From Nitrospirota bacterium (GTDB lineage: Bacteria; Nitrospirota; UBA9217), in contig CAWBNQ010000008.1 in the NCBI GenBank assembly GCA_963790205.1, positions 96,001-160,000 of the forward strand: 64,000 nt of DNA. Reading direction: 5' to 3'. The notes beneath the pieces were generated by a model that did not search any database, was not told the DNA's origin, and saw nothing but the letters and a program-made list of their open reading frames with translations. This document shows positions 49,689-62,021 of this stretch, piece by piece. Each line of letters begins with the position of its first letter. Position 1 is the stretch's first letter. The position numbers were made by a program, and so were the translations under genes.

Positions 49689-50837
49689 ATGAAAGAGCGT
49701 TTCAACCTGCTTCGCGAATTTTCCGTCCCGCTTCTGCTCGGGGTCGTCACCGCGCTTGCCTGGGTGAACCGAGCACCGGACAGCTACCGCCATTTTCTGC
49801 ACGATCATTTCCTCGGCCCTGCCAGTCTTCACTTTCTGACAAACGATATCTTCATGGTCTTCTTCTTCGGGATCGCCACGGTCGAGATAACGCAGAGCCT
49901 TCTGCCCGGAGGGGATCTTCATCCTGTCAAAAAGTCGGTGAACCCACTCCTTGCCACCCTCGGGGGGGTGGTCGGCCCTGCAGTCGTCTATCTCGCGTTC
50001 AATCATTTCATCGGTGCCGCCGAACTACGCAGGGGATGGGGGATCCCGACGGCCACGGACATTGCCTTCGCATGGCTTATTGCCCGAATGGTATTCGGGA
50101 GCAATCATCCGGCCGTTTCATTCCTGGTACTGCTCGCAGTGGCCGATGACGGGATCGGACTCGCCATCATCGCCATATTCTATCCGGACCCGCTCCTGCC
50201 GGTAAAGCCGCTCTGGCTGCTTTTGATCCTTGCGGGAATGGCAGCGGCATTTCTTGCACGCAGGAATCACGTGAAATCATACTGGCCTTATGTTCTCGCC
50301 GGCGGCGGCCTTTCCTGGGCCGGGCTCTCTAACGCACACCTGCACCCCGCGCTTGCTCTTGCCTTCATTGTGCCGTTCATGCCTCACCGCTCATTCGAGG
50401 AAAAACACATGTTCGAGGAGGACATCTCCGACCGTTCAACCATCGCGCAGTTCGAGCACGAGTGGAAGATCATCGTGGATTTCGGCTTGTTCATGTTCGG
50501 ACTGGCGAACGCGGGGGTTGAATTCTCCAGCGTGGGAACGGCGACGTGGCTGGTCCTGGCTGCTCTCTTGATGGGAAAAACCGCCGGCATATTCTCTCTC
50601 GGCTATCTTGCAAATCGACTGGGGTTCCCTCTGCCTCACGGGATGCGGAAGAAGGAACTGCTGGTTGTCGGCATCATCGCGGGCTTCGGCTTTACCGTCG
50701 CGCTCTTCGTCGCCGGAGAAGCGTTCATCGACCCGGCGGACCAGGGCGCGGCGAAGATGGGCGCCATGCTGAGCTGCGGTTCGGCCGTGATCGCCGTGAT
50801 CGCGGCCAGACTCCTTAAGATCAGGAGAGTTGCCTGA
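49689..50837 (+). CDS. nhaA: Na+/H+ antiporter NhaA
   Basis: NDIFMVFFF, GWGIPTATDIAF, LAVADD and GFGFTVALF. Confidence 0.93.
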   Translation: MKERFNLLREFSVPLLLGVVTALAWVNRAPDSYRHFLHDHFLGPASLHFLTNDIFMVFFFGIATVEITQSLLPGGDLHPVKKSVNPLLATLGGVVGPAVVYLAFNHFIGAAELRRGWGIPTATDIAFAWLIARMVFGSNHPAVSFLVLLAVADDGIGLAIIAIFYPDPLLPVKPLWLLLILAGMAAAFLARRNHVKSYWPYVLAGGGLSWAGLSNAHLHPALALAFIVPFMPHRSFEEKHMFEEDISDRSTIAQFEHEWKIIVDFGLFMFGLANAGVEFSSVGTATWLVLAALLMGKTAGIFSLGYLANRLGFPLPHGMRKKELLVVGIIAGFGFTVALFVAGEAFIDPADQGAAKMGAMLSCGSAVIAVIAARLLKIRRVA

Positions 50838-50942
50838 TACCGATGTCCGTCAGTTTCGATGCTTCGGAAGGCGAGGTTCCGTTTCTTCCGATGTATTTCT
50901 GCCGCATATTTCGGTGGTTGAACGGTTCTGGGGGGACAAATC

Positions 50943-51743
50943 ATGCCCACGATCATAATCTTCACCGACCTCGACGGGACCCTGCTCCATCCGAGGACAT
51001 ATTCCTTCGATGAGGCGCGTTCTGCGCTTGAATTGATACGTCGTCGGGACATTCCTCTCGTCCTTTGTTCCAGCAAGACCAGGGCTGAGGTTGAAGTCTA
51101 CCGTCGCAGGCTTGCGAACGATCATCCCTTTATTTCCGAGAACGGAGGCGGCGTATTCATTCCTGAAGGGTATTTTCCCTCTGCCGTCGACGGCAAAATA
51201 CAGGCCGGCTACCGGCTTATCTGTTTCGGGAGTCCGTACCAGGAGCTTCGGAACACGCTGACGGACCTGCGGGAACGGCTGTCGATCAAGGTCAGGGGAT
51301 TCGGCGACATGTCTGCACAGGAGATCGCATTCATTTCGGGCCTGAGCGAATCGGAAGCCGCTCTCGCAAAGATGCGCGACTTCGACGAACCGTTCATTTT
51401 TGAAGGAAGCGGCGCACAGGCGGATGTTTTTTTGCAGGCAATCGAAGCCCGGGGATACCGCTGGACCAGGGGGGCATTTTATCACATCACCGGCGAGAAC
51501 GACAAAGGCAGGGCGGCGACATTCCTGAACGATCTATACGAAAAAAAGTACGGCCCGATACTGACCATCGGGATCGGCGACAGCCTGAATGATCTTCCGC
51601 TCCTGCGAGCGGTTGATCTTCCGGTCCTGGTTCAGAAGGAGAACGGGACGTACGAGGAGGGGATCACCCTGCCCAATCTTAAACGGGCGGACGGCATCGG
51701 TCCCGGGGGGTGGAACCGCATGATCATGAGTCTTCTGTCATGA
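50943..51743 (+). CDS. mpgP: Mannosyl/glucosyl-3-phosphoglycerate phosphatase (HAD IIB)
   Basis: TDLDGTLL, CSSKTRAE, FISENGG, GDSLND and GPGGW. Confidence 0.88.
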   Translation: MPTIIIFTDLDGTLLHPRTYSFDEARSALELIRRRDIPLVLCSSKTRAEVEVYRRRLANDHPFISENGGGVFIPEGYFPSAVDGKIQAGYRLICFGSPYQELRNTLTDLRERLSIKVRGFGDMSAQEIAFISGLSESEAALAKMRDFDEPFIFEGSGAQADVFLQAIEARGYRWTRGAFYHITGENDKGRAATFLNDLYEKKYGPILTIGIGDSLNDLPLLRAVDLPVLVQKENGTYEEGITLPNLKRADGIGPGGWNRMIMSLLS

Positions 51744-53086
51744 AAAGAGCGGAACTTATCGATATCTATCAGTCGGCTCTCAAGGCGGCCGATCCCTATC
51801 GTGCCGTGATGGACCACCTGCTCCTGACCGGCGACATGCTTTCCGCCGCCGGTGTCGAATATGACCTGAAAGGCTTCAGCAAGATCGTCGTCATCGGCGC
51901 GGGAAAAGGGACAGCGCCCATGGCCCGGGCAGTGGAGGACATTCTCGGCGACCGGATCAAAGAGGGGATCATTGTGGTCAAGTACGGCCATACAGGGCCT
52001 TTACGCAAAATCGTTCAGAGAGAAGCGGCGCACCCCTTGCCTGATGAAGCGGGACTGCATGCGACAGCGGAGATCAGGGAACTGCTCAAAAAAGCGGGAG
52101 AAGAGACCCTCGTTATCTGCCTTCTTTCCGGCGGAGCTTCTTCACTCCTCGTTGCGCCCGCGGACGGCGTTACTCTGAACGATAAACGGGCGATAACGGA
52201 CCTGCTTCTTTCCGCAGGCGCGGATATCCAGGAGCTGAACACGGTGAGAAAACATATTTCTGCTGTAAAAGGCGGAAGGCTTGCGGAAACCGCATATCCT
52301 GCTACAATTATTACCATGGTCCTTTCCGATGTGATTGGCGACAGGCTTGATGTCATTGCCTCCGGCCCTACCGTCCCCGACAGCACGGGCTTCAGGGACG
52401 CGCTGAGTGTGGTCCATAAGTATACCCTCGAAGAAAAAATTCCGTACAGCGTATTCAGCCTGCTGCACGCGGGTGCGGCAGGCGTGATCCCGGACACGCC
52501 GAAAAGCGGGGCCGTTTTTTTTAAAAAAACGCGGAACATCATCGTCGGGAGCATACGTCAGTCCCTTGATGCGGCTCGAGAGAAGGCGGCGGAACTGGGG
52601 TTCAAGCCCCAGCTCCTGACGTCCGAACTGCAAGGAGAGGCGCGCGAAGCTGCCCGCTTTCTGGCGCAGACCGCCCTCTTGGCACGGGACAGGATGAAGG
52701 CCGAAGAGCGGCGATGCCTGCTTTCGGGCGGAGAGACCACGGTCACGGTCCGGGGAACGGGGAAGGGCGGCAGAAACCAGGAAGTGGCCCTCGCCTTTGC
52801 CTTGGAGACCGAAGGAAGAGGCGGGATTTCGCTGCTTTCAGCGGGTACGGACGGAACGGACGGCCCGACGGACGCGGCCGGCGCACTCGTCGACGGGTCA
52901 ACGGCGCGCAAAGCCCGGGAACTCGGCGTCCACCCGGAAACTTATTTGTCGAACAACGATTCTTATACGTTTTTCAGCAGGCTCGACGAACTTTCGGGAG
53001 AACGATATCATCTCAAGACCGGCCCAACGGGAACGAACGTGATGGACATGCAGATTCTCATGATTGAGAGCACGGAAACGGTTTAA
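51740..53086 (+). CDS. Glycerate kinase type 2 (MOFRL family)
   Basis: GAGK, HPLPD, LSGGASSL, GGETTV, GGRNQE and TGTNVMD. Confidence 0.92.
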   Translation: MKRAELIDIYQSALKAADPYRAVMDHLLLTGDMLSAAGVEYDLKGFSKIVVIGAGKGTAPMARAVEDILGDRIKEGIIVVKYGHTGPLRKIVQREAAHPLPDEAGLHATAEIRELLKKAGEETLVICLLSGGASSLLVAPADGVTLNDKRAITDLLLSAGADIQELNTVRKHISAVKGGRLAETAYPATIITMVLSDVIGDRLDVIASGPTVPDSTGFRDALSVVHKYTLEEKIPYSVFSLLHAGAAGVIPDTPKSGAVFFKKTRNIIVGSIRQSLDAAREKAAELGFKPQLLTSELQGEAREAARFLAQTALLARDRMKAEERRCLLSGGETTVTVRGTGKGGRNQEVALAFALETEGRGGISLLSAGTDGTDGPTDAAGALVDGSTARKARELGVHPETYLSNNDSYTFFSRLDELSGERYHLKTGPTGTNVMDMQILMIESTETV

Positions 53087-53091
53087 GCCTG

Positions 53092-54351
53092 ATGCCTACC
53101 ATTCTTGAAAGAAAAGAAGTGCTTGAGCAGATCGGGAAGATCAAGACCGCCGACATCGTGGTGGGTATCCCGAGTTTCAACAATGCGGGAACGATCGGCC
53201 ACGTCGTCCGCGCGGTCCAGGCAGGACTTGCGAAATATTTTCCCGGCAAAAAGAGCGTATTGGTAAACTCCGACGGAGGTTCCAAGGACGACACGCTCGC
53301 GGTGGTGCGGAACACGTCCATCGAAGATTACGCCTCTATCCTTCTGCACCACCGCGTGGAGCCTGTGTTCAAGATTGCAACCTCGTATTCAGGGATCCCG
53401 GGCAAGGGGAGCGCCTTTCGCACCATCTTTGAGATCGCCGAGGCATTGGATGCGAAAGCATGCGTTGTCGTCGACTCGGACCTCAGGAGCATCACGCCAG
53501 AATGGATCGAACTCCTCGTGAAACCCGTGCTGGAGGACGGGTTCGATTATGTCGCTCCCCTGTATCACCGGCATAAATATGACGGCACTATCACGAACAG
53601 CATCGTTTACCCGCTCACCAGGGCGCTCTACGGCAAACGTGTGCGCCAGCCCATTGGCGGCGACTTCGGCTTCTCGGGCAGGCTCTCCAAATTTTATCTC
53701 ACCAAGGATGTCTGGCAAACCGACGTCGCCCGGTTCGGCATCGACATCTGGATGACGACGACGGCCCTCGCGAACCGGTTCAAGGTCACCCAGTCCTTTC
53801 TCGGAGCCAAGATCCACGATATCAAGGACCCCGGCTCCGACCTGAGCGCCATGCTCTACCAGGTGGTCGGCGCAACGTTCGAACTTATGGAGACCTATCA
53901 TGATGTCTGGAAACCGGTCCGCGGGTCCGAGCCGGTGTCCGCCTTCGGATTTGAATACACGGTCGGCCTCGAACAGGTCAAGGTGAATACGGGCCGGATG
54001 CTGAACGTATTCCGGGAAGGCCTCAACAACCTCCGCGAGCTGTGGATCGATGTTCTCGGGGCCGGCGACTTCAGGGAGCTGGAAAGGACCGGAACGCTGG
54101 CGGACAAGGAGTTCAGATTCCCTCCCGCGCTCTGGACGCGGGTCATCTATGATTACGCCATAGCCTATCATAAGAAGAAACTGCCGGCCGAGCATCTGAT
54201 AAAGTCCCTGACGCCGCTCTACCTCGGAAAGACCGCGTCGTTCATCATCGAGGCTGAGCAGATGGGCCAGCGGGACGCGGAGGCCGAGATCGAAAAACTC
54301 TGCATGGAGTTTGAGAACAGCAAGGACTATCTTGTCAACAACTGGAAATAA
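53092..54351 (+). CDS. GT2 glycosyltransferase, glucosylglycerate/mannosylglycerate synthase-like
   Basis: GIPSFNNA, DGGSKD, GKGSA, VDSD, RQPIGGDF and FGIDIWMT. Confidence 0.8.
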   Translation: MPTILERKEVLEQIGKIKTADIVVGIPSFNNAGTIGHVVRAVQAGLAKYFPGKKSVLVNSDGGSKDDTLAVVRNTSIEDYASILLHHRVEPVFKIATSYSGIPGKGSAFRTIFEIAEALDAKACVVVDSDLRSITPEWIELLVKPVLEDGFDYVAPLYHRHKYDGTITNSIVYPLTRALYGKRVRQPIGGDFGFSGRLSKFYLTKDVWQTDVARFGIDIWMTTTALANRFKVTQSFLGAKIHDIKDPGSDLSAMLYQVVGATFELMETYHDVWKPVRGSEPVSAFGFEYTVGLEQVKVNTGRMLNVFREGLNNLRELWIDVLGAGDFRELERTGTLADKEFRFPPALWTRVIYDYAIAYHKKKLPAEHLIKSLTPLYLGKTASFIIEAEQMGQRDAEAEIEKLCMEFENSKDYLVNNWK

Positions 54352-54368
54352 TCCCCGGGAGGTGCGCC

Positions 54369-55073
54369 ATGATGGATTTTCTGAACCTGATACTCGAACC
54401 ATTGCAGGACGTGTTTCTCAAGATCAAGCAGTTCCTGCCGAACCTGCTGGCCATGCTGGTCATTCTTATCATCGGGATCCTCGTTGCCCGCCTGCTGCGG
54501 GCGGTCCTCGTGAGATTTCTGACGGCGATCAAGTTTGACAGCTGGTCCGACCGGACGGGTGTGACGACGCTCATGCGCAAGGGTGATCTGTGGGCCAAAC
54601 CCTCTCTCGCGCTCGGCTCGATCCTGTTCTGGATCCTGGTCATCGTTGCGCTGATGATGGGTATGAGCGCGCTCAAGATCCACGCCGTCGACCAGCTGGT
54701 AATGCAGTTTTTTATGTATCTGCCCCGCGCCTTTTCCGCGATCCTGATCCTGATCATCGGCTATGTGCTCGCCGGGTTCGTCGGCCGGGCGGTGCTGATC
54801 GCCGCGGTGAACAGCGGGTACCACTATGCCAAGCTCCTCGCCGAAGCGATACGGCTCCTGCTGACGGTCCTGATCATGGCCATGGTGCTGGAGCAGCTCC
54901 AGGTCGCGCCGGGGATCGTGCTCGCCGCCTTCTCGATCATCTTCGGCGGGATCGTGGCGGCCCTGGCCATATCGTTCGGCGTGGGGGGCATTGATGCGGC
55001 GAAACGGATGATCGAGCGGGAGACCGTGGAAAAACGCGCGACCGGTGCGAAGGAAGATATCGAGCATATATAA
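54369..55073 (+). CDS. Mechanosensitive-channel-related TM-helix protein (CmpX-like)
   Basis: Repeated FLPNL/YLPRA TM units and ALAISFGVGG. Confidence 0.75.
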   Translation: MMDFLNLILEPLQDVFLKIKQFLPNLLAMLVILIIGILVARLLRAVLVRFLTAIKFDSWSDRTGVTTLMRKGDLWAKPSLALGSILFWILVIVALMMGMSALKIHAVDQLVMQFFMYLPRAFSAILILIIGYVLAGFVGRAVLIAAVNSGYHYAKLLAEAIRLLLTVLIMAMVLEQLQVAPGIVLAAFSIIFGGIVAALAISFGVGGIDAAKRMIERETVEKRATGAKEDIEHI

Positions 55074-55237
55074 TATAAGGCAAGCACCCGGCGCGAGGCA
55101 AATCCCAAATGACAAGCAACAAAATTCAAACAAGCTCCAAGTACCAAGCGGCAAATTCTAAATGTTTTGAAAATTGATCATTGGAATTTATTTTGGATTT
55201 GGAACTTGAGATTTGGAATTCCCACGAGGGGGTTTTC

Positions 55238-56446
55238 ATGGCTGACTTCTACCAGACCGGAATCATCACCACGCTTCACCGGCTCGGCAAACCGTCGCTT
55301 GAACGGATCGAAGGGGAACTGATGCAATTCTCGCGGACCCGTCCCGTCGCGCTGGTCCTTCCCGCCCTCTATTCTGAGTTCGAGGGGCCGGCCATGCCGA
55401 AGATCGTTGAGGAACTGGCAAAGGTGAAGTATCTTTGCGAGCTCGTGCTCGTGCTGGACAAGGCATCGGACAACGAGTTCCAGCGTGTCAGGGAACTTAT
55501 GGCCCCCATCCCGGGCAGCGTCAGGATCATCCACAATGACGGCAAACGGGTCATGGAGATCTACGATACGTTCAAGCGGAACGGACTGGAGGTCGGCGAG
55601 CGCGGAAAGGGGCGGTCCGCCTGGCTGGCCTACGGGTACGTGATTGCGAACGGCAAGTGCGACGTGATCGCGCTCCATGATTGCGACATCGTGGGCTATA
55701 GCAGGGAACTCCTCGCGCGGCTGTGTTATCCCGTGGCTAATCCGGGCCTGGACTATGTTTTTTGCAAAGGATACTACAGCAGGGTGACGAACAAGATGCA
55801 CGGCCGCGTCACCCGTCTCTTGGTGACGCCGCTCGTTCGCTCGCTCCAGAACCTGGGAGGGGAACACCTGTTCCTCAAGTTCATTGACAGCTTCCGCTAC
55901 CCTCTTGCCGGCGAGTTCGCAATGAGCACAGATATGGCGAGGGTCAACCGGATTCCCTGGGACTGGGGGCTCGAGGTAGGCTCCCTCGCAGAGGTGTACC
56001 GCAACTACTCGCCGCGGCGTGTGTGCCAGGTGGACATAGCAGAAACCTACGAGCACAAACACCAGGCCCTCTCGTCCGAAGACCCTCAGAAGGGCTTGAT
56101 GAAGATGGCCGTGGACATCTGCAAGTCCATCTTCCGGACGCTCGCTTCGGAAGGCGTCGTCTTCTCCGACGGTTTTTTCAAGTCCCTGTCCGTGGCTTAT
56201 CTGCGCCTGGCCGAAGACACGATCATGAAGTACGAGGCCGACGCGGCCATCAACGGCCTCGAGTTCGACCGGCACGAGGAAGCAAAGGCCGTGGAGGCGT
56301 TCACGCGTGCGATCTCCCTGGCAGCCCAGAACTTCATGGAGAATCCGATGGGTTCTCCGCTCATCCCGAACTGGAACCGGGTGACCTCTGCCATTCCGGG
56401 CATCCTGGATATGCTCAAGAAAGCGGTGGACGAGGACAATCGATGA
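55238..56446 (+). CDS. Glucosyl-3-phosphoglycerate synthase-like glycosyltransferase
   Basis: DFYQTGIITTLH, GKGR, LHDCDI, FCKGYY, GRVTRL, YPLAGEF and YEHKHQ. Confidence 0.85.
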   Translation: MADFYQTGIITTLHRLGKPSLERIEGELMQFSRTRPVALVLPALYSEFEGPAMPKIVEELAKVKYLCELVLVLDKASDNEFQRVRELMAPIPGSVRIIHNDGKRVMEIYDTFKRNGLEVGERGKGRSAWLAYGYVIANGKCDVIALHDCDIVGYSRELLARLCYPVANPGLDYVFCKGYYSRVTNKMHGRVTRLLVTPLVRSLQNLGGEHLFLKFIDSFRYPLAGEFAMSTDMARVNRIPWDWGLEVGSLAEVYRNYSPRRVCQVDIAETYEHKHQALSSEDPQKGLMKMAVDICKSIFRTLASEGVVFSDGFFKSLSVAYLRLAEDTIMKYEADAAINGLEFDRHEEAKAVEAFTRAISLAAQNFMENPMGSPLIPNWNRVTSAIPGILDMLKKAVDEDNR

Positions 56447-56647
56447 AACCTCGCGCCAGCTTGGCGGGAATCTGATTTTTGGTTGCGAAAAAATTAAGGC
56501 ATTGTTCCCCCTCCCTGACGGGTCTGTTTGTAGGCATACAATACCCCTCAGCGGGAAGGAAATTGCGTCGGTGAGGTCTTTGTCATCGCCGCTTTTGGAA
56601 AGGGGCCGCCGTGTTCGGCGACCCCTGGAAACTATCCCTGTCCTTAC

Positions 56648-57163
56648 CTAATCCTCGTCGTGTCTGCCCCTGCCGTGACCTCTTCCTCGGCCCGGGCCGC
56701 CGCGCTCGCCTCTTTCGCCCCTGCGATTGTCCCAGTGGCGTTCCCGCTCCCAGCCCCGCCAGTTTTTCTGGACCATGCCGTACGGCATACGTTCATGTCC
56801 GGGTGGCATGCGGCGGAACGCGGGCGGCACCTTAAAGAGGGCGCGAGGCACGAACCTGGGGCCGACGGTGCGCCACGGTCCATTATAGCCGTTGGCGATA
56901 TACCACCCTCCCCGGTACGGGCGATACCAATACCCGTGGTAAAAGAAAATGTCCACGTCGACATCGGGTGGATAATACACATACGTACCGGGGATCACGA
57001 TCAGGGGGGGCGGCGCCGGTATGACCAGCCCGGGCAGGGGGATGTTAATATTGACGCTCACCTCCGCATTGCCCGTTGCCGGAGACAAGAGGCCGAATAC
57101 CAGAAACATGGTACAAACAGCGAACGCGCTCATTAATAATCTTCTTGCCAAACTCTTCATCAT
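56648..57163 (-). CDS. Secreted Pro/Gly/Arg-rich hypothetical protein
   Basis: Signal peptide; VIPGTYVYY, YHGYWYR and GPW; low-complexity tail. Confidence 0.75.
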   Translation of the reverse strand: MMKSLARRLLMSAFAVCTMFLVFGLLSPATGNAEVSVNINIPLPGLVIPAPPPLIVIPGTYVYYPPDVDVDIFFYHGYWYRPYRGGWYIANGYNGPWRTVGPRFVPRALFKVPPAFRRMPPGHERMPYGMVQKNWRGWERERHWDNRRGERGERGGPGRGRGHGRGRHDED

Positions 57164-57665
57164 GCAATCTCCTTTCGCGCTTCATTTTCTTTTGACACCG
57201 GAAAAGAATATTAGTTTACAATATAAACATAAACGACGTGGATATATAGAGAATATCTTCTTTTTTTATTATTACATATATAGGCATTTTTTGCAAGATA
57301 GTGTCAATATGAGTGTGTTGCAATTTTCACTATAAAATTTTTTTCAACCTACCTGTGACAAAAGAAGTTTTTTTCAGTTTTGATCGTGCATCTAAGGGCG
57401 CACAAAAAATTTATCACAATCTTTCATAAGAACTCTCAGGCAGGCAACGCATTTTATTCCCTGGGTATACTCTGCAGCCATGACTTCCTGTCCAGAGCTG
57501 TCATTAATGTAGGATATCCTTCAGTCCATTGAGGCATAGGCTCCATCAGTTACAATGCGCTCTGGGAACTATGTGATTTAGCAGAGGAAAAATCGGCACG
57601 TGAAATGCATCCGTTTGTAGAGGTAAATGAATTTTTTAGCAATTAAACTGAGGGGGATTGGAATC

Positions 57666-58064
57666 ATGAAAAAGAGCTTTTTGATGGTATTGGTTGTTGC
57701 AATGGCGTTGCCGCTGATCACAGGCTGTTCAAAAGGGTATGTGTCGCAAAAAACGGAGGACAGCATGAGCATCACGCTCAAGGCAGACCGGTATCCGCTG
57801 GTCAAGGGAGACAATAATTTGTCCGTGAGCATTGCCGATGCGAGCGGGAAAACCGTGACCGATGCCGCAGTACAGGTGCGTTACTATATGCCGCCTATGC
57901 CTGGTATGGCACCTATGGAATTCAACGCTGCAACCCAGGCGAAAGGCGGCGGATATGCATGCACCGCCAACATCCCGATGGAGGGAGGTTGGAAGATCGA
58001 TGCAACAGTGACGCAGCCGGGGAAACCGGCGGTTACCGCAACATTTAATGTTGATGCGCGGTAG
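57666..58064 (+). CDS. FixH/YtkA-like lipoprotein
   Basis: LITGC lipobox; YYMPPMPGMAPM and MEGGW. Confidence 0.8.
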   Translation: MKKSFLMVLVVAMALPLITGCSKGYVSQKTEDSMSITLKADRYPLVKGDNNLSVSIADASGKTVTDAAVQVRYYMPPMPGMAPMEFNAATQAKGGGYACTANIPMEGGWKIDATVTQPGKPAVTATFNVDAR

Positions 58065-58100
58065 GATTTGGATCTCTGAGGGCATCAAGGGAGGTTCATC

Positions 58101-58343
58101 ATGATGAATTGGGGAAACTGGGGTGGTTACGGATGGGGCATGGGGTTCGGCTGGGTATTCATGGTCCTCTTCTGGGCACTGGTTATTCTCGGGATCGTGT
58201 ATATCGTCCAGACAATATCGCGGAGGGCCGGCCAGTCACGGCCGGAAGAGGCGCCCCTCGATATTCTGAAGAAGAGATACGCGAAAGGAGAAATCACCAA
58301 AGAGGAATTCGAGCGAATGAAGGACGACCTCATGAAAAAATGA
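58101..58343 (+). CDS. SHOCT domain membrane protein
   Basis: GWGMG..WVFM TM segment; LDILKKRYAKGEITKEEF. Confidence 0.9.
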   Translation: MMNWGNWGGYGWGMGFGWVFMVLFWALVILGIVYIVQTISRRAGQSRPEEAPLDILKKRYAKGEITKEEFERMKDDLMKK

Positions 58344-58385
58344 AGGGGTAAAGAGATGCACCGGGATCCTGCTCCATCTGCGGCA

Positions 58386-58515
58386 TGGAGCTTTGGCTGC
58401 GGGAGTGTGCTCTACCCGTTCCTCGGTATTCTCTTAAGCCCGATCTTCGCCGCGACGGCAATGAGCTTCAGCTCCGTGTCGGTCATCGGGAACGCTTCTG
58501 CGGCTCCGAAGGACG
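58386..58515 (+). pseudogene. C-terminal remnant of a copper P1B-type ATPase
   Basis: LAAG / LYPFLGILLSPIFAATAMSFSSVSVIGNA / LRLRR in shifted frames; rest of the gene absent. Confidence 0.75.
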
Positions 58516-58806
58516 AAGATATGAAAGACAGCACTAACCCACATTCCGTTTCCCCGAAGAGGAGGGCCAGGGATCTTGGGAAAAGGGGGGATCTGCCTGT
58601 TCATGGTGATCGCTTCACTGAGGGCCATTTTAGCACCCGTATTCGTATGGGGAGAGGGGAAAAAACAGACATTAAAGAATGAATACCGATGATAATGGGC
58701 CATAATCGATGTCTTGTATCAAATATCTTTATTATAAAAAGGAGGGATGACCTGATATGGCAAAAAAGCGTGTAAGGACATGTCTGCCGCATACGTGATA
58801 CTGTAT

Positions 58807-59271
58807 TCAGTCCACCTCGCCGAACACCGACGGCTCTTTCTTCACCAGAAAGATGGAGCACGGCATTCTCCGCACGATTTCTTCATTACTACGTCCGAAC
58901 AGAAAGTGCTCCATCCGGCCTTCCTCGTGCGCGAGCATGATGAGGAGGTCGATATCCTCCTCCTTGACGACTTCCAGGACAACGGCCGTGGGCTCTCCCT
59001 CCCTGATTATTTCTTCTATGGCCATCCCTTTGTCCCGCTCTGCGTTGATCGCGGCGTCGATAGCCTCCTTGCTTTTTTGGAGAAGTATCCCAAAGTCCCG
59101 TTCAAAGGGCGGCAGGTTCCATCCCTCAAGCCCGAAGGGATTATGCACGACATGCATCACGTAGAGCGCAGCGCCGTATCGTTTCGCAATTGAGATGCCG
59201 TAATGCACCGCCTTCCGGCAGTGCGCGGTCAACCTGCTCACGACGAGAATCCGTTTGATGTCGTCCATCAT
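58807..59271 (-). CDS. Universal stress protein
   Basis: IKRILV...EGEP...DLLIM...FGRSNEEIVRRMPCSIFLV. Confidence 0.9.
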   Translation of the reverse strand: MMDDIKRILVVSRLTAHCRKAVHYGISIAKRYGAALYVMHVVHNPFGLEGWNLPPFERDFGILLQKSKEAIDAAINAERDKGMAIEEIIREGEPTAVVLEVVKEEDIDLLIMLAHEEGRMEHFLFGRSNEEIVRRMPCSIFLVKKEPSVFGEVD

Positions 59272-59325
59272 ATCCTCCTTAATAGGGAATTCGCATGAAA
59301 GATCTCCTGGGCGGGTGAATAGACG

Positions 59326-59784
59326 TCAGGCCGGACCCTGCTCCGCCTTCACCAGGAGCACGGAACAGGGCATTGTTCTGATGAGCTCATCAGTGCAATG
59401 TCCGAACAGCACGTGTTCAAGGCGGCCCTCCTCATGAGCAGCCATGATGATGAGATCGATATGCTCATCTTTGACGACCTCCGATATCACCTCGACGGGG
59501 TCTTCCTCCTTGATCAATTCCGTTATTTTCAGGCCCTTCTCCTTTTCCACGTTGATGACCGTATCGATATCTTCCTTGTTCTTCACGAGCAGTTTTTTAT
59601 AATCTTCCGCAATGACCCACACCGGAATCGACGGCGGCAGCTCAAATGCGAACGGGTCGTGCGTGCAGTGGATAAAATAAAGCTCCGCGCCGTATTTTTT
59701 CGCGAGCGAGATGCCGTAATGCACGGCCTTTTTGCAGAAAGAGGTCATTCTGCTCACGACAAGGATGCGTTTGACATCGTCCAT
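59326..59784 (-). CDS. Universal stress protein (paralog)
   Basis: VKRILV...DLIIM...MPCSVLLV. Confidence 0.9.
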   Translation of the reverse strand: MDDVKRILVVSRMTSFCKKAVHYGISLAKKYGAELYFIHCTHDPFAFELPPSIPVWVIAEDYKKLLVKNKEDIDTVINVEKEKGLKITELIKEEDPVEVISEVVKDEHIDLIIMAAHEEGRLEHVLFGHCTDELIRTMPCSVLLVKAEQGPA

Positions 59785-59842
59785 GGTTTTCTCCTCCGGC
59801 GCTGCCCTGACGGAAAGCGTTTATTCCCTGTCAATACTATAA

Positions 59843-61730
<1,888 letters not shown>

Positions 61731-61734
<4 letters not shown>

Positions 61735-62021
61735 AGCCCGAAAGCGACAACAGACGATTCCCCCGGGAAGTCGATAAATCCGCCCGGGAACTGATCAAGG
61801 CCCGCCGGGAGAAAAGGACGTTCTGGCGCTACGTCTATCTCCTGGGGGCCGGGGGCTGGCTGTTCGTCATCCCCGTGGTTGGCGGCGCGTATCTCGGGAA
61901 GTACCTCGACGGGAAATTCGGAGGCAAGGGGATTTCCTGGACGCTTACGTTCCTCGTTCTCGGAATTGTCCTCGGCGTCTATAATGTCTGGCGTTTCTTT
62001 ACCAGGGAGTTTCGGCCATGA
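61731..62021 (+). CDS. N-ATPase AtpQ (AtpZ family)
   Basis: GWLFVIP...LGKYLD...WTLT...G..NVW. Confidence 0.8.
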
